A DNA stretch of 64,000 nucleotides from Candidatus Latescibacterota bacterium (GTDB taxonomy: Bacteria > Krumholzibacteriota > Krumholzibacteriia > WVZY01 > JAKEHA01). Location of the stretch: contig OY970173.1 of assembly GCA_963707635.1 (NCBI GenBank), positions 3,040,001 through 3,104,000 on the forward strand, given 5' to 3'. Below the pieces are notes generated by a model. The model was given only the letters and a program-made list of their open reading frames with translations, did no database searches and was not told the origin of the DNA. Position 1 is the stretch's first letter; every line of letters starts with the position of its first letter. A program made the position numbers and the translations under genes. Positions 18,594 through 28,287 of this stretch are shown here, piece by piece.

Positions 18594-19067
18594 CTACGCG
18601 CCCGCCGGTCCTTTCATGATTGCTTCGAAGCGGCGGCTCATTTCCGCCTCGGAAACGTCCTCCTTGTGGGTGGCGATCGTCCACACGTGTCCGAAGGGGT
18701 CCTGCAGCGTCGCCGACCGGTCGCCGTAGAACTGGTCTTCGAGCGGGCGCGACACGCTCGCGCCGGCAGCGATCGCCTGCTTGAAGCGCGCGTCGACGTC
18801 GTCGACGTAGAGCAGGATGCTTATCGCCGTGCCGCCCAGCGATTGCGGTCCCACGAATCCCATGTCGGGCATCTCGTCGGCGAGCATCACGAACGAATTC
18901 CCGAACTTCAGCTCCGCGTGCATCACCTTCCCGCCGGGCCCGTCCATGCGCGTGCGCGGCTCGGCACCGAACGCCTTCTGATAGAAATCGATCGCGCTCG
19001 CCGCGTCGCGGACGATCAAGTACGGTGTGACGGAGTGGTATCCGTCGGGAATGGGCTTCACGGCCAT
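18594..19067 (-). CDS. VOC/glyoxalase (PhnB-like) protein
   Basis: KPIPDGYHSVTPYL and DQFYGDR..LQDPFGHVW. Confidence 0.92.
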   Translation of the reverse strand: MAVKPIPDGYHSVTPYLIVRDAASAIDFYQKAFGAEPRTRMDGPGGKVMHAELKFGNSFVMLADEMPDMGFVGPQSLGGTAISILLYVDDVDARFKQAIAAGASVSRPLEDQFYGDRSATLQDPFGHVWTIATHKEDVSEAEMSRRFEAIMKGPAGA

Positions 19068-19140
19068 GGCAGGTTCCTTTCCGCCGGCGCCCGGCGCGCG
19101 CGACGACCGGAGTGTATCACGTTTCCAACCAGTGCTCTCG

Positions 19141-19659
19141 CTAGCGCGACTTGACGACCTCGACCTCCACAGGCTCCATCATCGGGACCACGCGCCCGTC
19201 GGCGTCGACAAACCCCGCCGTCACCCGGTAGGTCCCCGGCGCCAGGTTCTCCGCGCCGAAGTAATGGTCGCGCCCGCTCCAGTTGCGCATGATCATGCGC
19301 AGCTCGCCGGGTTCGAGGCGCAGCTCGGTCTTCTCGGGAAGGCATTCGCGCACCGGCCCCACACGCTGCCCGTCCAGCGTCGTGACCTCGTAGTCCCATA
19401 CGCAGGAGGTGGGACAGTCGCGCTGGAATTTCTTCTCCCCCTCGTTGAACAGGCTCGCCTCGAGGGCGACGCGCTCGCCGACCGCAAAACGCGCCGGCGT
19501 GATCGTGATGAGAAACTTGAGTCCCTCCGGGGCGGCTACCACCGTTTCGCCCGACGGCGCAACTTCGCCGGGCCCGCGTTTCCCGCGGGCCGCACACCCG
19601 TCCAGCGCGGCGATGGCCGCCGCCAGCAAGAGAAATTGCAGGGCATGCCGGAGTTTCAT
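19141..19659 (-). CDS. Lipoprotein with Ig-like (BsuPI-like) domain
   Basis: LDGC lipobox; LEPGE...W.G...LAPGTYRV pattern; ATGA overlap with upstream gene. Confidence 0.6.
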   Translation of the reverse strand: MKLRHALQFLLLAAAIAALDGCAARGKRGPGEVAPSGETVVAAPEGLKFLITITPARFAVGERVALEASLFNEGEKKFQRDCPTSCVWDYEVTTLDGQRVGPVRECLPEKTELRLEPGELRMIMRNWSGRDHYFGAENLAPGTYRVTAGFVDADGRVVPMMEPVEVEVVKSR

Positions 19660-20585
19660 GGCATCCATACCAGCGCCACGCGCGCGGCGGCCTTTTCGTC
19701 CTGTATGCCGTAGAGGTCCTCGAACACGGGCAACTGGATCTGGCCGCGCAGATGCACTACGGGGGCGATCCGCCAGCGCAGGCCGGGCGAGAAGTACACG
19801 ACCGTCCCCCCGCTGTTGGGGTCGGAGACGCCCTCGTGGGTGTCGTAGTCGGCCCAGCGTCCGTTGATCTCTCCGATGGCGTCGACCGGGCCTGTCACCG
19901 TCCGCTGCGCGCCGAAGTTGAATCGGAACACGTCGCCGAATTGAAACTCCTGCGCGTTGGTGTCGTTCCACTGGTAGCTGGCTCCTGCGAACAACGGCAC
20001 GCCGGCGGCGAGTGTCGCCTGCAATCCTCCGATGGCCGACCACGCGCCCGTGCCGGGCTGCAGGTGCGGATCAATCGCGCCGAGCTCGTCGGGCACCTGG
20101 GAATCTCCGGTCGGTGCCCGGATGTCCGCCGTCGCATGGAGCGCCAGCCGCGCGGCCCACACCTCCGCGAGCATGGCCACCGCCGTCACATCGAGATCAC
20201 CAATGCCCTCGACGCTGCCCGTCACTCCCTCCAGCGTCTGCTCCTTGAACACGTACGGCAGGGACGCCATGAACGTCACCCGCTGCGCGAGCCCGTACTG
20301 CGCCGTGAACCGGACGTCGTTCTCGACCCGCGACACCATCGCGACCGTCGTCGCCGCCTGTCCGGGATGGACGTGGGGGGCGGATTCGTTGCTCATGTTC
20401 AGGTAATCGACCGACACCAGCACACGGTGCATGGCCAGCAGTCGCGCGTCGTTGATAAAGAACGTGGCGTCCCCGCACGGGCAGTTCGAACAGCCCGCCC
20501 GGGCTGGACCTGCGTGCAGGAGGGCTGACAACGTGGCCGTCGCGACCATCGTATTCCAGTCGAAGAAATGCGGGAAAGAGCGCAT
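19656..20585 (-). CDS. Outer-membrane beta-barrel transporter family protein with N-terminal CxxCxC
   Basis: Signal peptide then GCSNCPCG; GIGD, APTG, LQPGTGAW and NSGGT.VYFSPG motifs; start may be 20549. Confidence 0.65.
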   Translation of the reverse strand: MRSFPHFFDWNTMVATATLSALLHAGPARAGCSNCPCGDATFFINDARLLAMHRVLVSVDYLNMSNESAPHVHPGQAATTVAMVSRVENDVRFTAQYGLAQRVTFMASLPYVFKEQTLEGVTGSVEGIGDLDVTAVAMLAEVWAARLALHATADIRAPTGDSQVPDELGAIDPHLQPGTGAWSAIGGLQATLAAGVPLFAGASYQWNDTNAQEFQFGDVFRFNFGAQRTVTGPVDAIGEINGRWADYDTHEGVSDPNSGGTVVYFSPGLRWRIAPVVHLRGQIQLPVFEDLYGIQDEKAAARVALVWMP

Positions 20586-20653
20586 GGGAGAATCCGCGAA
20601 GGGTAGCACAGGGCCGTCCGTCGGGCAATTTCTGGGCGCGTCCGCGCGGGCGG

Positions 20654-21766
20654 TTACGCGGACTGCTTCGCGCTCACCTGCGAGGCGAAGACCGCTTCGG
20701 TCCGATCGAGCATCCGCTTGAGTGTAAATTGCTCGAGAACTACTTCCCGTCCCCGCCGACCCATCGCGGCGCCCCGCGAGGGATCCAGCAGGATCGCCGT
20801 GATCGCGTCGGCCAGCTGATCGGGCCGATGGACGTCGACGAGCCGCCCCGTCTCCCCGTCCCGAACGATCTCGGGGATGCTGCTCACGTTCGTGGCCACG
20901 ACCGGCTTGCCGGCGGCCATCGCCTCGACCAGGACGTAACCGAACCCTTCTACGATCGACGGCAGCACCAGCACGTCGACGGCTTTCATCACGGATGGAA
21001 CGTCGCGACGGAAGCCTGCGATCACGACGCTTCGCTCCAGGCGCAGCTCGCGCGTCTTCGTCTTCAGAAACTCGAGGAGAGCCCCTTCGCCGACAAAAAG
21101 GAATCTCGCGCCGGGCACACGCTCCAGCACCCGCGGCATGCACGCCACGATATCGGGGATGCCCTTGCGCTCGATGATCTGGCCGACGAACCCGGCCACC
21201 GGCGCGTCCACCGGAATCCCCAGCTCACGACGGAGCGCCGCGCCTTCTTCGGGGCGATCGAGATACGGAGCAGGGTCGATTCCCTTGTAGACCACCTCGA
21301 CGCGGTCGGCGCTGAGCCACGGCGCGCTGCCAAGGAGAGTTCGTTTGGTGGCCTCCGAGTTCGCGAGCACGCGGTCGGCGAGAATATTGTACGTGAACCG
21401 GTAGCGCAGCTTGTTCTTGAGCGGATAGTCCACTTCGCGCGACGGAACCACCGCCACGTTGCCGGCGAACCTCGCCGCCAGCCCGCCGAAGCGCAGTTCC
21501 TTGTCCATGTTCGTGCACACGAGCTGAATGCGGCGCCGGCGGATGAGCCGGAGCACGTTGCCCACCACCAGCGGGTCGAAATCGCTCCGCATCGACATCG
21601 TGACCACGTCCAAGCGCTCGGCGCGGGCCCGCTCGGCGAGGATGGTGCCGGGGCGGCAGACCAGCGCCACCTCGTGACCACGGCATTCGAGGCCGTGCAT
21701 CACGTCCATGAGCCAGACTTCGGCGCCACCCCACATCTGGATGGAATTGATGAAGAGAATTCGCAC
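20654..21766 (-). CDS. Glycosyltransferase family 4
   Basis: WGGAE, RKG and EGFGYVLVEAMAAGKPVV. Confidence 0.93.
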   Translation of the reverse strand: MRILFINSIQMWGGAEVWLMDVMHGLECRGHEVALVCRPGTILAERARAERLDVVTMSMRSDFDPLVVGNVLRLIRRRRIQLVCTNMDKELRFGGLAARFAGNVAVVPSREVDYPLKNKLRYRFTYNILADRVLANSEATKRTLLGSAPWLSADRVEVVYKGIDPAPYLDRPEEGAALRRELGIPVDAPVAGFVGQIIERKGIPDIVACMPRVLERVPGARFLFVGEGALLEFLKTKTRELRLERSVVIAGFRRDVPSVMKAVDVLVLPSIVEGFGYVLVEAMAAGKPVVATNVSSIPEIVRDGETGRLVDVHRPDQLADAITAILLDPSRGAAMGRRGREVVLEQFTLKRMLDRTEAVFASQVSAKQSA

Positions 21767-21813
21767 GCGAGGAGGATCGATGCGGCGAGCTGCTCGGCGA
21801 AGGAACCTCTGCT

Positions 21814-21851
21814 AAGAGAAAACCGGAGCGCCCGCATTCGGGCACTCCGGT
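21814..21851 (-). terminator. Rho-independent terminator
   Basis: ACCGGAGTGCCCG-AATG-CGGGCGCTCCGGT stem then TTTCTCTT on minus strand, just after the beta-barrel gene. Confidence 0.75.
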
Positions 21852-21870
21852 CGTCCTCGACGTTACAAAC

Positions 21871-22527
21871 TCAGTACGTCGCGCCGGCGTCGACTCGGAT
21901 GATATCGAATCCGTCGGTCGTGGCGTCGTTGATAAAGTCCTTCTCGTAGCCGATGCGCAGGAAGAACGACGGGTTCACTTCCAGACGCAACCCGGCGCCC
22001 ACCGCGTACGACGCCTCGTCGGTGCCATAGGTGCTTGCGTACGTGTCGCAGACGTAGCCCCACCACGGATCCCACCAGCACCCGGTCTGGTAGCTGGCGG
22101 CGATGTTGGTGTCGATCATCGTCCAACCGAGCATGCCGTTGACGTACGGCGTAAAGCGCTTGGGCAGGATGTTCCATTCCGCCGTCAGCGCAAACGTACC
22201 CGTATCCAGCCAGCTGCCGTAATAGGCGAGGACGGTGGGATCCGTCGCGTCGACGACAGTGGCGTTGTAACTGATCGAGCGCCAACTCATCAGCATGCCG
22301 ATGTTGAAGCGCTCGTTTGCGTTGTAGCCGAACCCGAAGCCCCAGCCCAGGTCGTCGTCGAGCGAAAGGCTGGCGCCATGCTCCCCTTCGTAAACGTGCG
22401 AATCGGTGTAGCGCGTCTGGATACTGAAATCCCAGTGGCGTGCCCGACCCGTATAGGTGTTTTCCGCCTGCGCGGTGCCTGTCAGGGCCATGACGAACGC
22501 CGCAGCGGCCATAAAGCGATACCTCAT
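21871..22527 (-). CDS. Small outer-membrane beta-barrel protein
   Basis: Signal peptide (AQA), OmpA/OmpW-like strands (GFGFGYN, TPYV, GAGLR), terminal aromatic residue. Confidence 0.8.
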   Translation of the reverse strand: MRYRFMAAAAFVMALTGTAQAENTYTGRARHWDFSIQTRYTDSHVYEGEHGASLSLDDDLGWGFGFGYNANERFNIGMLMSWRSISYNATVVDATDPTVLAYYGSWLDTGTFALTAEWNILPKRFTPYVNGMLGWTMIDTNIAASYQTGCWWDPWWGYVCDTYASTYGTDEASYAVGAGLRLEVNPSFFLRIGYEKDFINDATTDGFDIIRVDAGATY

Positions 22528-22636
22528 CCAGCGACCTCCTGCTTTTCTACTTCTCGACGCGCGGACCACCATGACCGAGCGTGTTCGAATCCGGGGAGGT
22601 TACCACACCCGGCCACTCGCGTCGCGCAGATTTCGC

Positions 22637-23407
22637 CTACTTGCTGACCTCCGCGAGAAAATCCAGCGCGGTCGCCCACGAGCGCCTGTCCGCCTTCGCG
22701 TTGTAGGCGAGCGGCGGCATGCCGTACTTGTCCGCACCCGGATTCGTGAAGCTGTGCTTCGCGTTTGCGTACGCGATGAACTCCCAGTCCGCGCCCGCGG
22801 CCGCCAGGTTCTTCTGGAAGGTCTGGACCTGGTCCGCCGACACAAAACTATCGGCCGCGCCGTTGCAGGCCAGGATGCTCGCGACGATCTTCCCCGCCGG
22901 CGCCTCCTGGGGAAGGTTCCCGTGAAAGCTCACCACGCCGTCCAGGTCCGTGCCCGCGAACGCCATCGTGAGCACCACCCCGCCGCCGAAACAGTACCCG
23001 ATCGCCGAAATGTGGGCTGCGTCGACGAGCGGGTTGGCCTTGAGCAGCTTGTACGCCGCCATGAAGCGCTCCTCGCCGACTTTCTCGTTCGCGCGGATCG
23101 CCGTGGCCCACGCGCCGGCGTCCTCGGGATGCTCGGTGAACTTCCCGTCGCCGTACATGTCGAGCGCGAACGCGACGTAGCCCGCCTCGGCCAGCATCTT
23201 CGCGCGCGTCTTGGCGTAGTCGTTCAGGCCCCACCATTCGTGGACGACGAGCACGCCCGGGCGCTTGCCGTTGACCGCCGTGTCGTACGCGATCTGGCCG
23301 CGCAGCGTCGTGTCGCCCTGCTTGTACTCGAGCGGCTCGAGTTTGATCTCCGCGTGCGCGGCCGAAACCAGAACCGCCATGAAAACCTGCAGCCAGAGTG
23401 CCTTCAC
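22637..23407 (-). CDS. Dienelactone hydrolase family protein (exported)
   Basis: HEWWGLN, GYCFGG, SFHG and HSFTNP; GGAGG before GTG. Confidence 0.92.
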   Translation of the reverse strand: MKALWLQVFMAVLVSAAHAEIKLEPLEYKQGDTTLRGQIAYDTAVNGKRPGVLVVHEWWGLNDYAKTRAKMLAEAGYVAFALDMYGDGKFTEHPEDAGAWATAIRANEKVGEERFMAAYKLLKANPLVDAAHISAIGYCFGGGVVLTMAFAGTDLDGVVSFHGNLPQEAPAGKIVASILACNGAADSFVSADQVQTFQKNLAAAGADWEFIAYANAKHSFTNPGADKYGMPPLAYNAKADRRSWATALDFLAEVSK

Positions 23408-23463
23408 GAAAAACCTCCTGGATGAGTGAACCGGTGCCGACGAAGCATGCGGCAGGCGCCGCC

Positions 23464-24504
23464 CTAGAAGAATACCTTGGCCAGCCGCAGCGCGCCCTGC
23501 GCCCAGGGTACCCGGTGGGTGACGCCGGACTGCCCGGACAGGCAATCCACGTTCTCCAGGTACCACTGATAGTTGCGAATCAGCGCCTCGCGGTTCGAAT
23601 ATTTCGGGACGAACCCGAGCTTCGCTTCCGCCTTGGCGATGGAAACGAACGATTCCTTGCCCACGGTCTCGTATATCCATTTGTATAGCGGCGACAGGTG
23701 GAGCGCTTCGAGGAGGCGCAGCATCAGGATCGCCGGTTTCTCGGGGAGCGACACGATTCGCTTGCCGTGGCCGGCGTAGTCGAGCACCGCCTGAAAGTCC
23801 GAGCGCGGCGTCCCGAATTCCCTGGCGCCGATGTTGAAGGTGTCGTTCACGACGTCATCGGGGAGCGTGCAGCAGCGCCATATCGCTTCGCACAGGTCCT
23901 CCACGTCGAGGTACTGGTACGGATTGTCACCGCGGCCGAGGATGGGGAAGTTGTGGCCGTCCTTGGCCCACTCATAGAAGAGCGCAAAGACGCCCAGCCG
24001 CTCGGGGCCGATGAACGACTTCGGGCGGATGATGGGGATGATCATCCCGTCGCGGCGGGCCTGCTCGCACAACCGCTCGGCCGCCACCTTCGCTTCGCCG
24101 TAGGGCCCCACGCCGTACATCGCGTCGTCCTCGAGCAGCGGATGGTGGTCGGGGATCCCGTAAACCGCCGTGGAGGAAACGTGGACCACGCGCCGAATTC
24201 CGGCGCGCTTCGCTTCATCCAGCACCGTGCGGGTTCCGTCGATATCGGTCGAGTAGATGTCGGCGGGCTTGTACAGGGGGAGCGCGGCGGCGGCGTGCAC
24301 CACCACATCCACCCCCGCCAGCGCGCGCCTCACGTCGTCCGCCTTGCGGATGTCGCCGCGAACGGCGGTGATCTTGTCGCGCGCGTCGGCGTAGTCGAAG
24401 GGCGCGAGGTCGAGCGAGACTACGCGCTGCTCCCGCGCCAGCAGGTAGCGCACCAGGTTGATGCCGAGAAATCCCGCGCCGCCGGTGATGAGAACAGTCT
24501 TCAT
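23464..24504 (-). CDS. NAD-dependent epimerase/dehydratase
   Basis: [15 protein letters not shown] and YGEAK. Confidence 0.92.
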   Translation of the reverse strand: MKTVLITGGAGFLGINLVRYLLAREQRVVSLDLAPFDYADARDKITAVRGDIRKADDVRRALAGVDVVVHAAAALPLYKPADIYSTDIDGTRTVLDEAKRAGIRRVVHVSSTAVYGIPDHHPLLEDDAMYGVGPYGEAKVAAERLCEQARRDGMIIPIIRPKSFIGPERLGVFALFYEWAKDGHNFPILGRGDNPYQYLDVEDLCEAIWRCCTLPDDVVNDTFNIGAREFGTPRSDFQAVLDYAGHGKRIVSLPEKPAILMLRLLEALHLSPLYKWIYETVGKESFVSIAKAEAKLGFVPKYSNREALIRNYQWYLENVDCLSGQSGVTHRVPWAQGALRLAKVFF

Positions 24505-25100
24505 TCCACCGTTCCCCGGATGTTCCAGTTAATGCTGACCGGGAATCGCTGGCTCAGCGGCATCCACTGTCCGTCGGCGGACGAATAGAGCCAGTCTCCA
24601 TCCTGGACCGCCGGCCCCGGGTCACACCCGACGGTCGGCTGGCCGACCGCATTCGTGAACTCCACGCAGATCCACAGGTCGGTGCTGGCCAGCGTCACCG
24701 GCTGCGCCAGCTTGTGTGCGTTCCACTGCCGGGCCTGCGCGTCGCTGGTAACGTCCGCCGCGTACAACGTCGCGCCGGGTTCGCTCGCACTCGACGGTCC
24801 GTAGACCTTGACCGAGCACAACTCCGCCGGCGTGAAGATGAAGTACTGCACCTCGGTCAGTTTTTGACCGGCGAGACTGCCGATCTGCGTGCTGGTGAAG
24901 CGGGCGCCCGCCTCGTAGGCACCCGCCGCCAGGTTCGGCGCCGACAGATTCCCGGCGTCGTAGTGCAGCGTGCCCGGCGGCAGCGGGCCGGGATCGACCG
25001 GGTCCTTCTTCTTCTCCTCGTCGCAGCTCGCGAGGCAGACGGCGAGCACAGCCACGCCCAGCGCACGGGCCGCGCCCACGAAATGCCGGCGTCCGATCAT
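24501..25100 (-). CDS. Hypothetical lipoprotein
   Basis: LASC lipobox; beta-rich domain ending NWNIR; coupled to both neighbours. Confidence 0.65.
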   Translation of the reverse strand: MIGRRHFVGAARALGVAVLAVCLASCDEEKKKDPVDPGPLPPGTLHYDAGNLSAPNLAAGAYEAGARFTSTQIGSLAGQKLTEVQYFIFTPAELCSVKVYGPSSASEPGATLYAADVTSDAQARQWNAHKLAQPVTLASTDLWICVEFTNAVGQPTVGCDPGPAVQDGDWLYSSADGQWMPLSQRFPVSINWNIRGTVE

Positions 25101-25660
25101 CAACGCGGCCACAGCCACCCGAATGTCCCCGCCGTCAGGGCCCCGTAGACGAGGCCGTCGCCCATCATCTTGAGCGTCGTGCCCCAGTTGAGCTTGTGCC
25201 AGATCGAGTTCTGCAGCAGCGCCAGCGAGTAGCCTGTAAACGCCGTGGCTCCCGCGAAGCGGAACACGGGGAGGTAACCGGCGCCGGGCTCGAGCGCATG
25301 TCCCGTTATGTAGGCCGCGAAGTAACCCACCAGCACCGAGTAGAGAAACCAGAGAAACAGACTCTTCCCCATCTTATACGGACCGTTGGGGATCACGGTC
25401 ATGAGCGCGACCGGCCCCTTGGTCCGCTTCTCGATGTACTCGGGTGTCTTCATCTCCGCCATCGACTTGGGGCATGGAAAGGCGTAGTCGCCCGGAGGGA
25501 TGTTGAAGGGGCGAAGCGCCGCCATGATCTCGGCCTCTTTCTCCAGCTTGCGCATGTCATTCTTGTGGATCGGCAGCATCATGTGAATGACGAAGCTCAT
25601 CAGGAACACGAACACTGCCGACAGCAGAATGGGAATCCAGAGTGACGTCGCGGACACCAT
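25100..25660 (-). CDS. Conserved hypothetical membrane protein
   Basis: 4-5 hydrophobic segments; AGGAGG RBS; ends GWLWPR. Confidence 0.75.
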   Translation of the reverse strand: MVSATSLWIPILLSAVFVFLMSFVIHMMLPIHKNDMRKLEKEAEIMAALRPFNIPPGDYAFPCPKSMAEMKTPEYIEKRTKGPVALMTVIPNGPYKMGKSLFLWFLYSVLVGYFAAYITGHALEPGAGYLPVFRFAGATAFTGYSLALLQNSIWHKLNWGTTLKMMGDGLVYGALTAGTFGWLWPR

Positions 25661-25755
25661 GCTCAACCTCCTTGCTGGGGGGAACTACGCCGATCGAGCG
25701 GCGTTTACGGGAGCATAATCGTTCGGCGGGGACCACGGCAACCCCGGCGCCCGAA

Positions 25756-27015
25756 TCACCCGGACGGCGCGCGCTCGTGGGCACCGGAACCGGGCACCAC
25801 CGTCGCGATTCGAAGCGCCCGCAGCATGAGTGCAGCGCTTCCGATCATGAGCAGCGACGCGCACAAGAACGCCGCCCCCGGGAAATGCACGGACGACGTC
25901 TCGGCGGAGAAATGCCCGAAGAGCTGCGTCATCAGCGGCGGACCCGCCACCGACGCGAGGCTGAAAAGACTCCCCACCGCGCCCTGGAGTTCCCCCTGGG
26001 CGTTGGCGGGAACCTGCTGCGACATGATCGCGTTCATCGACGGGTAGACGAGGCCGGCGAAGAGCCACGCCATCATCCACGCGAACATCATCCAGCCGCG
26101 GGTCGCAAAGGCGTAGCCGAGGTACCCGGTGGTGGCGCACGCGAGCCCGATCAACGCCGTGCGGCGTTCGCCGATGCGCGGGATCACGACGCGGGTGAGC
26201 ACGCCCTGGCTGGTCGCCATCATCAGCCCGACGAAGGCGAGCGAGCCGCCCACCATCGCCTCCGACCAGTGGAACTTGAACATCGTGTAGTACGACCACG
26301 TGGTCGGAAGCGCCTGGTGCCCGAGCTGCAGGAGGAAGATCGCCGCCGCCATTCCCGGAACGACCGGGTACTTCCGAATCTGGATCAGAGTGCCCAGCGG
26401 ATTCGCGCGCCCGATATGGAACGGGCGGCGCGATTCTTTCGGCAGCGATTCCGGCAGGACGAAGTAGCCGAAGGTCACGTTGGCGAGTGCCAGGCCCGCC
26501 GACGCGAAGAACGGCGTGCGGGGCCCCAACCCGCCCAGGAACCCGCCGATCGCCGGGCCGATGATGAAGCCGATACCGAACGCCACGCCCACCAGCCCGA
26601 AGTTCTGCGCGCGCTTCGCGGGCGGGCTCACGTCCGCGAGGTAGGCGTAGGCGGGGATGAACGACGCCCCCGCCATTCCCGCCAGCGCGCGCCCGAGGAA
26701 GAGCCACGAGAGCGTCGGGGCGAGTCCCATGACGATGTAGTCGATGCCGAGCGCGAAGAGCGAGAAGAGGATCACCGGCCGGCGCCCGAAGTGGTCGCTC
26801 AAACCCCCGAGCACCGGCGCGCAGAAGAGCTGCATGACCGCGTACGTGAACCCGAGCCAGCCGCCGTAGATCGCGGCCCGGCTCAAGCCCTCGCCGGTGA
26901 GCTGCATGATCAGCTCGGGGATGACGGGAACGATGATGCCGAGGCCGATCACGTCGACCAGCACGGCGATGAAAATGAACAGGACGGTGGTCTTGGCGGG
27001 TGGGGTGACGGTCAT
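25756..27015 (-). CDS. TCR/Tet family MFS transporter
   Basis: DVIGLGIIVPVIP, GGLSDHFGRRPV and GFIIGPAIGG; about 12 TM. Confidence 0.92.
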   Translation of the reverse strand: MTVTPPAKTTVLFIFIAVLVDVIGLGIIVPVIPELIMQLTGEGLSRAAIYGGWLGFTYAVMQLFCAPVLGGLSDHFGRRPVILFSLFALGIDYIVMGLAPTLSWLFLGRALAGMAGASFIPAYAYLADVSPPAKRAQNFGLVGVAFGIGFIIGPAIGGFLGGLGPRTPFFASAGLALANVTFGYFVLPESLPKESRRPFHIGRANPLGTLIQIRKYPVVPGMAAAIFLLQLGHQALPTTWSYYTMFKFHWSEAMVGGSLAFVGLMMATSQGVLTRVVIPRIGERRTALIGLACATTGYLGYAFATRGWMMFAWMMAWLFAGLVYPSMNAIMSQQVPANAQGELQGAVGSLFSLASVAGPPLMTQLFGHFSAETSSVHFPGAAFLCASLLMIGSAALMLRALRIATVVPGSGAHERAPSG

Positions 27016-27062
27016 GGAGCGGTCATTCTACCCGCCGGCATTGATTCCCGCCAGCCCCGGCG

Positions 27063-27239
27063 TCAGTGGCGCCCGAGGGCTTTGCCCAGGTAGTAGGGCC
27101 AGATGGCCAGCGCGAGAAACGCCTTCGCATAGGGCAGATGGACATAACCGAGCGTGAACAGGTAGCCGATCAACCAGACCGGGCCTGCGATGCCGCTGAC
27201 ATCGACCTTGCGTGGGAAGTTTCTCTTCTCGTCTCCCAT
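27063..27239 (-). CDS. Small (58 aa) membrane protein absent from ORF track
   Basis: GGAGG RBS, ATG, MGDEKRNFPRKVDVSGIAGPVWLIGYLFTLGYVHLPYAKAFLALAIWPYYLGKALGRH; fills gap between co-oriented genes. Confidence 0.75.
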   Translation of the reverse strand: MGDEKRNFPRKVDVSGIAGPVWLIGYLFTLGYVHLPYAKAFLALAIWPYYLGKALGRH

Positions 27240-27273
27240 TACCGACCTCCTGTGTTCACGGCACGCGACACCT

Positions 27274-28281
27274 TCACGGCACCCGGCGCTCGCTGTCCAG
27301 ATGTTTCATTTGATAGGGATCGTAGCGATCGCCCGCGGCCCCCTCCGGCGGAATCGCGCTCTCGATCTGCGCCAGATCTCCGGGCGTGAGCCGGAGCTCG
27401 AGTGCTCCCAGCGCTTCGGAGAATCGGTCGCGCCGGCGCGCGCCGACCAGCGGAACGATGTCGTCGCCGCGCGAGAGCACCCACGCGATCGCGACCTGCG
27501 CGACGGTGGCGCCCTTCGCCTTCGCCGCCGTGTCGAGCGCCTCGACGAGGCGGAGGTTGCGGTCCACGTTCGCCGGCTGGAACCGGGGCAGGAACGCGCG
27601 AAGGTCGCGCGGCCCGCTCGTGCGCTCCTTCGTCCAGTGGCCGCTCAAGAGCCCTCGCGACAGCACACCATACGCAGTGATGCCGACGCCCAGCTCGCGG
27701 CACGCGGGCAGGATGTGTGGTTCGATGCTCCGCGAAATGAGCGAGTACTCGATTTGCAGGTCGGCGATCGGATGAACCGCGTGCGCGCGGCGCACGGTCT
27801 CGGCCCCGGCTTCGGAGAGACCGATGTGGCGGACGTGGCCGGCCTTTATCATCTCCACGATGGCCCCGATCGTTTCCTCGATGGGCACCGCGGGGTCGAC
27901 CCGCCCGAGCCGGTAGATATCGACGTAGTCCGTCCCGAGGCGCGTGAGCGTGTAGGCGAGCGAGGTCTTGACTGCCGCGGGCCGTCCGTCGATGCCGATC
28001 CAGTTGCCGGCGACGTCGCGCATCGCGCCGAACTTGACGCTGATCACGACCTGGTCACGCCTGCGGCCGCGGAGCGCGTCGCGGATCAACAGCTCGTTGT
28101 GCCCCATGCCATAGTAGTCCCCGGTATCGAGCAGGTTGACGCCCGCATCCAGGGCGGCGTGGATGGTGGCGATGCTTTCTTTCTCGTCGGTGGGCGGACC
28201 GTACAGGTCCGACATGCCCATGCATCCCAGGCCGATCGCGGAAACCGCAGGTCCGTGTGTGCCGAGGGTTCGAGTTTTCAT
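27274..28281 (-). CDS. Aldo/keto reductase
   Basis: GLGCMGMS, LDTGDYYG, IGLSE, QIEYSL and AQVAIAW. Confidence 0.94.
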   Translation of the reverse strand: MKTRTLGTHGPAVSAIGLGCMGMSDLYGPPTDEKESIATIHAALDAGVNLLDTGDYYGMGHNELLIRDALRGRRRDQVVISVKFGAMRDVAGNWIGIDGRPAAVKTSLAYTLTRLGTDYVDIYRLGRVDPAVPIEETIGAIVEMIKAGHVRHIGLSEAGAETVRRAHAVHPIADLQIEYSLISRSIEPHILPACRELGVGITAYGVLSRGLLSGHWTKERTSGPRDLRAFLPRFQPANVDRNLRLVEALDTAAKAKGATVAQVAIAWVLSRGDDIVPLVGARRRDRFSEALGALELRLTPGDLAQIESAIPPEGAAGDRYDPYQMKHLDSERRVP

Positions 28282-28287
28282 GATGAA

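Noticed and set aside
25756..27015. Acquired tetracycline resistance gene
   Set aside because: Generic TCR-family MFS with host-like composition, no tetR and no mobile context.
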